Source: Octopus vulgaris (taxonomy: Eukaryota). Taken from it: a DNA stretch of 64,000 nt. The stretch spans positions 148,428,001 to 148,492,000 of the forward strand of contig OX597816.1 in the NCBI GenBank assembly GCA_951406725.2, read 5' to 3'. The position numbers and the translations under genes were made by a program. How positions within the stretch are numbered: the first letter of the stretch is position 1; each line of letters begins with the position of its first letter. Shown here piece after piece: positions 55,673 to 64,000 of this stretch. Below the pieces are notes generated by a model, which worked only from the letters and a program-made list of their open reading frames with translations, was not told the origin of the DNA and made no database searches.

Positions 55673-58600
55673 AATTGACATGAGTTAGAATAAGAACAGC
55701 TATAAACGCTGGAGGAACAAATATATAGTGCGTGGGATTATTTGGCCAAAAACATGACTATCATTAATATATGTATATCCTTCAAGTTCATTTATGGGTA
55801 ACGGATTGAATATGCATATAAAGCTCCTATCCTATAACGCCGGCTACAGTCTAATGATGCTAAATGACGGTACCAGTTTTGTGGGGGATTGTACCGAGCT
55901 GTGCCGACATAACGTACGATAAGTGCAGTAATACCAATAATAATCCTTGGATGGAATTAATTTATAAATATTCTAATGCATTGCTACGAAAAAAAATCAT
56001 TTGAAGCAGAAAACTCCAACAGAACATTTTGAAACAGATAAACGCTAACCGTTTTATAATAGAATAAGGGAAGAACACAAACAACAAAACAAAATAACTA
56101 CTATTTTCATATGCAATATGCTATACTATAATACTACCATTTTATGAAAGTATCATTTGTCAACCCAGACAATGATCACCGACAACTATAATACCGAGAT
56201 TTGCAACAAAAGTATATTTTAAATACCATTTCATGCATGATTAAATTTACCATAATTTCTTTGGCCAAACCTAACTTTCCTTATGTTCGATGTTCATTAT
56301 TTTCTTTGCTATAATAAAATTCTGAGCTTCAAAGAGTTTAGAGAGTCAGAGATGGTCTAAGTCGCTATTTACTGCTTGTAAGTTATAAAATAGGAAAAGA
56401 CATAAATGTTCATTCAGTGTAACATATTCTGACACCTGTGAATAAGTCATTTTAAATTCTGGAATCCAGGGATAAGCAAAATGTCTTGAAACTACAATAC
56501 CTACCTATTTGTCATTTAAAACTGATAATCCTTTCTACAATAGTGACTGTACTTTGTATTCATTGTGGGTGGGGGCTACAATGAATAAGATCAAACAAAA
56601 GACCCATACTACCCATCCTCACATCTGCATACTCAAATAGCAAAATGCAGCTCTATCATATCACTCCTACTTACATATCTCACACTTATTCACTGCTTAC
56701 CTTCTCATCTCTTCATAAAATTTTAGTTGATTCAAAAATTAATTCTAAGCGCAGATCCAAAAAGGATTTATATATAAATACTTGTGTAGTTAAATAATTA
56801 ATTAATTAATTAATTAAGGACTCAGCGGATGCTTTCCTGGAAATCTACAGACCCCTTTCTGTTTAAATATAAAGAAAATAGGGCTGCATGAGGTGTTGGT
56901 TTAATTAGTCTTCCATCCAAAAATTCCTAGGAAGTCACTCTAAAAAGTGACGTAAGAAATCATCTGCTTTGTACAAATAAATATCATCTACAATAAGTGC
57001 TGCGCATGCTTTCCCCGGTACGCGAGAGAACGAGTAGCTAGCATTTATAGAAAGCGTCTGGCAAAGTGAATAGTCACCAAAAGGCCTAGTTATCCCACAA
57101 TGTATCTTGTGAGGAATATTACATATTTCCTTTACAGAAGTGATAGCACTGGCTCCCTATCAAATCGTTGTGCACTCTCAGTGGTTATATATCTTCTTTA
57201 GATAAGCTAATATGATATTGTCTGTTTTCATCTATCTCAAATTACAATATAGTTCCTAAAATGTATTTAAACGCTCCACCTCATAGTGTTCCAGTAGAGT
57301 ACTAGAAACTTTCTAAAACAGTTACTGTGTACTATTGAAATTTCAAGTGGATGTTTCGTTCTTTTGTCTTTCCATAATCTATTTCTATAGCAACCAGTCA
57401 TGGTATCAATAACTACTTCAAAATGTGCCCTAAACTGCAGCGGGGACTGACAAAGTGAGCAGTTGCCGAAACATCAAGCAAAACAATTTCTGTTAAATAT
57501 TCCACATACTATTTCTGCGGTATATTTGAGTTCCATTCCTCTGTCTGCTAAATACCCACAGAAATAAGGTCCCAGCACCTACTAGCTGATGAGACAGTAT
57601 GCACTATTAATGATTAGATAAATATGCTCGATATAGATTGTATTGCTTAGTTTCATAAGCGTCAATCAGCTATGTCTACTTGTATATATGTCTATATTGC
57701 ATTTTTATAAATAAATGTGTATGTGTAATTATATGTGTGTACATGTATGTATGTATGTCTGTATGTATGTATGTATGTATGTATGTATGTATGTATGTAT
57801 GTATGAGTGTGTGTGTGTGTATGTATGTTAGTATGTATGTATGTAACTGAGAAAATATGCTACATCTTGTGGCCGAATAAAATATCAAATACGTTGTATC
57901 GCAAAACTGTTTTCAATAATGTGACTTTCAGCTTTGCTAGTAAATTCAATCAATCATCAGAAATAGTCGATATAATATACCAAAGATGGACATAAACTAG
58001 AAAGCGATAACCAAGACGACCAAAGAACACCTCCTGGCGTAGAACTGTTGAAGATATGAGAGAAAAGATATGGCGCAAGAAACAGAAAGCTGCTAAACAT
58101 CAAATGGCTGAACCCCAATTGCAGAGAAGAGGATTAAATGTATTGTGGTTGTAACCTATAGTACGTTTACTCGCTAAGAGAAAAATGATGAAGTTACTGG
58201 TATTGTGTTTGATGTTTTTCGCTAATTTGTGTTTAAAAATATATAGTTTATATGTGTAATAGAGTAAATGTGTAGAGAGATAAATTGATATAATTTCTTC
58301 TGTAAACTTGAATAAAATTACTTTAGGAGATTTCAAATACATTACCAAACCTGTAACACATATCAGTAAGTTACAGTGTCTTCATGCAAAATATTTATTC
58401 ACATTAGGAAAGTAGACTCTCATTGTACTTATCTATTTTAACAAGTTCTAAAAATCTGTGATATTTGGCACGCTATCAAAATTTTCACAACCACATTTCG
58501 TATTATTACTTACACAACGAGATGTAAGTGGTAAATTAGATTCTTTAGAAACTATTTCACTTCAAAGGAAATATTCTCCTTTTTTTCCAGATTAGCTGTT

Positions 58601-59453
58601 CTGTTTAACGACGAGACAAAAAATATTTTAAACATGTTTCGACTATGACTTTTATCGAACTTTTAATGTTATTAAAACAAAGATTATATAAGATCTTTCA
58701 TTTCAGCTAAATTAGTATTTTATTTAATAATATCGAAAACAAGTTTATTCGCCGTTATTATGTTAGAATATAAATAAATGGACTTGCCTAAGTAGGTTTA
58801 AGAGCAGCTGGTGACTGATGAGCAAAACACGTTTTGAATGAAGAAATGACATGACAGAGGAGAAAATGTTTTGGATATACAATGTCACAATCCAGAGATA
58901 CATATGCTGTGGTGAGATAATTTTTTATAGGAATGCTAGTGTATGCGTAAATAAATGTGGAGTTAGAATTAAAGAAAGTGTAATAGTAAGTTGAGGTTTT
59001 AAATACGACTTCTAATTAAGAAAGTGTTTGCTTGGTAATTATGGGACCCAATTCACAAAAATCTGTTATATTCAGATAATTGAACGCCAATAATGTGGAA
59101 TTGTCTTATTGATTGCCATTGAATATGTCCCTTTGATGTAAGTAGGAGGTTTCAAATTCTATCAAATTGCATATAACAAGATACCTATTCTAGTGATGAA
59201 CCTCGCAGCAACCTATAAGGTTTCTCTTGTATTACGAAAGCAATCGTATAGTGGTAACATTCGAGTAAGGGTACAAAAACATATGCATTTGGGACTATTC
59301 ATTCAATAAGATAAACATGACTATACATGAGTATTCAGACATATTCAGACAGAATGTTCACGTTTATGAAGAAGCGTTGATTTAGTATAGCTATAGACAT
59401 ATACGTGGCAGCCATCAACGAGATCTGGGTTTCCAGGGCCCATGCACTTACGC

Positions 59454-59458
59454 CATTA

Positions 59459-59549
<91 letters not shown>

Positions 59550-59576
59550 CATTATTATTATTATTATCATTATTAT
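59454..59576. repeat. (ATT)n microsatellite
   Basis: About 40 units with ATC variants. Confidence 0.97.
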
Positions 59577-61506
59577 AAGTTTTTCTTCTTTTAGTTTTGT
59601 TCCCATTTCTTGCTGAACTGCAATTACTTAGGGAGAGCGATGTTGCTCTTGATAACAAGAGTAAACAAGAGAAAAAAAAGATTCGTCACAATTTTTTAAA
59701 AACGTTTATTTACCCATTTTGCATTTTCACATCTAAAATTGCTACTGCCCATTATAATATTATTGTCACACGACAATGCACTATAATAGCTAGAAGAACA
59801 CAAAACAAAACTCACAGCTAAATGTAGAAGAGGCAAAGAATATGAAAACTCTTGTGAACAATAAATAAAAAGATATGCCACAAATACTTAAATAAATCAT
59901 TTGGAAGGCAGTAATACCAATAACAATAGCATTAAAAACTTTACACCTTCCTAAACACTGCGGTCTGTTGTGAGAAAAAAACCTCCCTTCAGTACAAAAT
60001 GGATAGAATTTTTATCTTAACACAGTTACAGCGAAAATGAAATTTGAAGAAAAACATTTTTTCCACATGATACAATCCAGTAGAAGGTAAAGAGAAAGTT
60101 ACATGTCTCTGCTTACGAAAGGGCGGAAGCGGATTAAATTTACTCCCAAGACAGGTATCACAAGCCCTCCTGGGTAAATTATCTCAATTTAATAACAGCA
60201 GAAGGTATGGTACAATCCACTGTAAGTTCACAATTAAAGGCGCAGCTAAAACGCTGGTTGAAATTGATGTGCATATCTTTTGATTTTACGTATGCACCCC
60301 AATGCGTGGATCAATGAACTAAAAGAGTCACAATAAGAGACACTGGACATGATATCGAATAATGGCTAATAGTGACTTTTGTATCGCAGTAAGAGAGTGC
60401 CGTCCAAGCCGGCTCGTAGGGCCCCTAACTATTGTCGCCAGGGGTCCTCACAAGGGACTTTTAAATCTTAATGACCACACACACCGAAAGCCACAGAACC
60501 ATGAAAGTGACAAGGCAAAAGAAGTGAGTTTCATAATACCGAGTGGAAATCCTAGCTGTTATGTTTGCTGAAGTAAAAATAACATAGCAGAGCTGAATAC
60601 TCAAAGGAACTTGGAAGGTGTTAGGCAACAAACGAGGAAAATGAAACTAATGAAAATCAATAGCAACTAAAATATGAAGGATGAACTCCAATTTCCAAAG
60701 CACCATCTACCATATATCTGGAGATAGAGAAGGAAATGTCGTTAAACCCAGTTTTACATAAAGATGAGCATTACATCGTTCCCTAACAGTACCAAGATGT
60801 CGTAACATATCTTTCTGATGCATACAAGTCGAAATAATTACCGATGAAATTCTCACACGCTCTGTAAAAATGGAAAATGAAATAAAATAAAAGAAGAAAA
60901 AAATTTAAAACAACGAAAACTGGTGATGAGGAACAATTACTCCTTACCAAAACGACATTGCTTTTCTGTAAAATAACATAGAAAATGGAGGAACCTAACA
61001 AACGTTGCTAGACAAAATTATGCATCTGTAGTGTTATGGACTCTCCAAAATGCTTTCTTCGTCCTTTTACTTACCTTGGATATATATATATATAAAATTT
61101 TAACTTAAGGTATCTATGAGATACCGCCATGCTGAAAATAGCAGCCAGAATCTGACTCTAAAACCACCTTAAGTGTTCATATAGCACAAGAATATAACTA
61201 TTATCGTCAGTTCTACCTATTCTATATTTTTCATACTATCCTAGATTTTATTAGTTACCTACTTAGTTTGTTGTTTTAGATCCTATACAACGTAAATGGA
61301 ATTTTCTGCATATGAACTGCTTGTACTTGGATTATCTCAATTAAATTAGTCTTTTAACTTAATATAGCACATATCTGAAATCCTACGGCTTTTCCCTTAA
61401 GTGTATTGAACGCACCATTGAGTTATTTCCCTCTCAGTCATTTCTACACGAAAACACACACACACAGACACATACAGGCATATGTATATATATGCATAAA
61501 CAAAAT

Positions 61507-61507
<1 letters not shown>

Positions 61508-61580
<73 letters not shown>
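61508..61580. repeat. (ATAG)n microsatellite
   Basis: About 18 units. Confidence 0.96.
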
Positions 61581-61581
<1 letters not shown>

Positions 61582-61845
61582 CCTTGTACATGATGATGAT
61601 GATGATGATAACGTCATGTGTCATTATCTTGTGTTTAAAGGGTGAGTAAAAGTGATCAGTTAATGTAAGTACTTTTTTAAAAAAATACCGCGGCATATAT
61701 GGGATGAGTATACTTATAAATATGAAGTAATAGAAAATAGCCTGCAGATGAATGCACCACCCGTCATTTATTGGATAACTGGAAAAAGGATATATATATA
61801 TATATTTGCATTGGAAACCACTTCACATCGACAACCGGTGATTGT

Positions 61846-61890
61846 CACACGCTGATGACGGGTCAATACCCAGAAACTCGGGTCCGTATG
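61846..61890 (+). ncRNA. Minimal type I hammerhead with canonical core, in a ~250-bp module (61805-62056) bounded by (TA)n
   Basis: CACACG-CTGATGA-C-GGGT-CAAT-ACCC-A-GAAAC-TCGG-GTC-CGTATG. Confidence 0.85.
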
Positions 61891-62053
61891 TATCACGTCA
61901 GGTTGGAGATGGGAAGGATGACTTCCCTTTGCAAATACTGATAGTGCCAGAAAGTGTGACAATAGCCAGCTGGAGGATATGCCTTTCTGGGGCTACAAGC
62001 TACAGTGGCATCCACGCTTAAGTTTTAGCCACATTTAAGTGGCAAATATACTT

Positions 62054-62090
<37 letters not shown>

Positions 62091-62100
62091 ACATGTATGC

Positions 62101-62145
<45 letters not shown>

Positions 62146-62146
<1 letters not shown>

Positions 62147-62498
62147 TAGCAGTATAGCCCGGCGTTGCTCGGGTTTGTTTCGACCCGCTGGAATTGTAAT
62201 TTTGAAAAGTAAAAATTTTGTGAACATTTTTCTGGTCGAAATATACCGAAAAGTGGCGACACAGCAGTGAAAAAATCGTAAAAAATAGGGATTTTCATAG
62301 AAAAAAGCAGCTTTTTGATGTAAATAGTTTTTGGTGTTAACATGGTCCGATTTGAATTTTATGTTCTACGGAAGGAAGAGCAACCCTTCTATCATACTCT
62401 CAATTTTGGTCAACTTGCGCCGCAGGGTCTCGGAGGAGATAGTGTTAGTTGAAGGTTACCAAACGTGACGCACACAGACAACTTCAGCTTTATATAGA
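62146..62498 (-). mobile_element. Non-autonomous Helitron
   Basis: Minus strand starts TCTATATAAAGCTGAAG and ends with hairpin CCCGAGCAACGCCGGG followed by CTATACTG-CTAG|T in a TA tract. Confidence 0.85.
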
Positions 62499-62984
62499 AA
62501 TAACACACACACATTAATACACATACATAGACACACACACACATGTATGTATGGATGTATATATGTACATCTGTCCACTTCTTGCAATATTTTTATCCTT
62601 CACTTCCTACACACACACACACACAGACACACGCACACACACACACGCACACACACACCTTCTTAGCTTAAAATTTCTTTCTGTCAACAATTGACAACAG
62701 AAGTACGCTCGCCAATTAATACTACCAAAATTTAACGACAGAAAGTAAATTAAAAACCAATTTACCTTTTCTGTATTGTTATGGCAATCCGACCGTCGGT
62801 GTGTTTTTGCAAATGTGTTCGAATGAGAAGTGAGTTGTGTTTGGCGCCTTTTTTACTAATAACAAACACACACGTGTGTGTGTGTTTGAGTGTTTGCATG
62901 TAGTTGTTTGAAACGTTTGTGTTTGTCACTGTCATATATGTATGTGTATGCGTGTGTGTGAGGAATGGCAAACCAGATAGATAG

Positions 62985-63743
62985 CGCGCGAAGTTGTTTT
63001 GAAGTTCGCGCTCCGCTTGTGTGTGTGTGTGTGTGCGTGCTTTAGGTACACAGCACAACATTACTCTCTCTGTCTCTTTACACACACTAACAAAAGCACT
63101 TCACTTACACACCACACTTTCTGTGTCGCACATCCCATCAAACACACACACACACACTCACGCACGCACACATGTACATCAATGCTTTCGGAGTGAAATG
63201 TTAAAATATTGAGTTTTCTCGAATTTTGTCTCAATTGGGAGTGAAATTGAAAGAAATTTTGTATGGCATGACCGAATGGAAGTACTTGTAAAAATCATAG
63301 GTAAACTGTAATTGAAGAAATTGTGTGAGGAGTAAATCGTTATGTATTTATTTGTTTCTGTTTGCTGGGGGTTTTTTTTGAGTAGTGGTTTAAGGTACAT
63401 TTCTCTCGTTTTATAGAAATAGTTTCACTCTAATCGTTGCACACTTGCAAAGAGAACGGAGTAGAAATTAGGGTGATATCGTGAGTGAAGCAGATCGCTC
63501 CGTTTTTGTGTGTGTGTGTGTGCGTGTGCTGTAGCCCACACTAAGAAAAGCACTTGACTTACACACCACAATGTGAGTTTTCTCTAAATTTTGCTTAATT
63601 GGGGTTGAAATTTTAAAAACTAGACCTGGCACGACCCGATTTATTCTACTCTTAAAAATGCTAGGAAAATTGTAATTGAAGAAATCCTATATTGTAGATT
63701 TCTATAAGAGACAAAGGGAGGCAGATAAAATCTGCCTTTTATA

Positions 63744-63747
<4 letters not shown>
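62985..63747 (-). mobile_element. Probable Helitron-like element 5' part with internal diverged direct repeats
   Basis: 63601-63747 is the reverse complement of 63853-64000. 63017-63330 and 63507-63690 share CACACTAA.AAAAGCACTT.ACTTACACACCACA and TGTAATTGAAGAAAT blocks. Confidence 0.55.
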
Positions 63748-63795
<48 letters not shown>

Positions 63796-63850
63796 GTGTG
63801 TATATATATATTTATATATATATATACATATGTATATATATATATATATA

Positions 63851-64000
63851 TCTTATTATAAAAGGCAGATTTTATCTGCCTCCCTTTGTCACTTATAGAA
63901 ATCTACAATATAGGATTTCTTCAATTACAATTTACCTAGCATTTTTAAGAGTAGAATGCATCGGGTCATGCCAGGTCCAGTTTTTAAAATTTCAACTCCA
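63851..64000 (+). mobile_element. 5' end of a probable Helitron-like element, running off the window
   Basis: A|TC start (TCTTATTATAAAAGG) in a TA tract with subterminal hairpin AGGCAGAT-TTT-ATCTGCCT. Confidence 0.55.

Noticed and set aside
57580-58835. CTGATGAG strings at about 57586 and 58815
   Set aside because: They lack a properly placed GAAA and paired stems.

Overview
AT-rich, microsatellite-saturated eukaryotic intergenic or intronic DNA. The SINE families and the (TA)n/(CATA)n/(GATA)n load suggest an octopus (coleoid cephalopod) genome; this is an inference from recalled repeat families. I found no intact host exon, and nearly all ORFs in the track are microsatellite translations. 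Real coding remnants are all decayed transposons: Penelope-like elements (PLE; RT plus GIY-YIG), three mariner copies, one Tc1, Dong/R4-like RT fragments and a FLYWCH-domain MULE-like 5' end. Non-coding mobile elements include two hAT MITEs, non-autonomous Helitrons and many tRNA-derived SINEs. The most striking unannotated signal is about 11 sequence-unrelated minimal type I hammerhead ribozyme (HHR) motifs. Many lie in short (200-400 bp) modules inserted in (TA)n tracts. Seven fold-back inverted duplications abut (TA)n, and in four of them the turning point is in or just 5' of the hammerhead. All structures were read by eye and no folding or database search was run.
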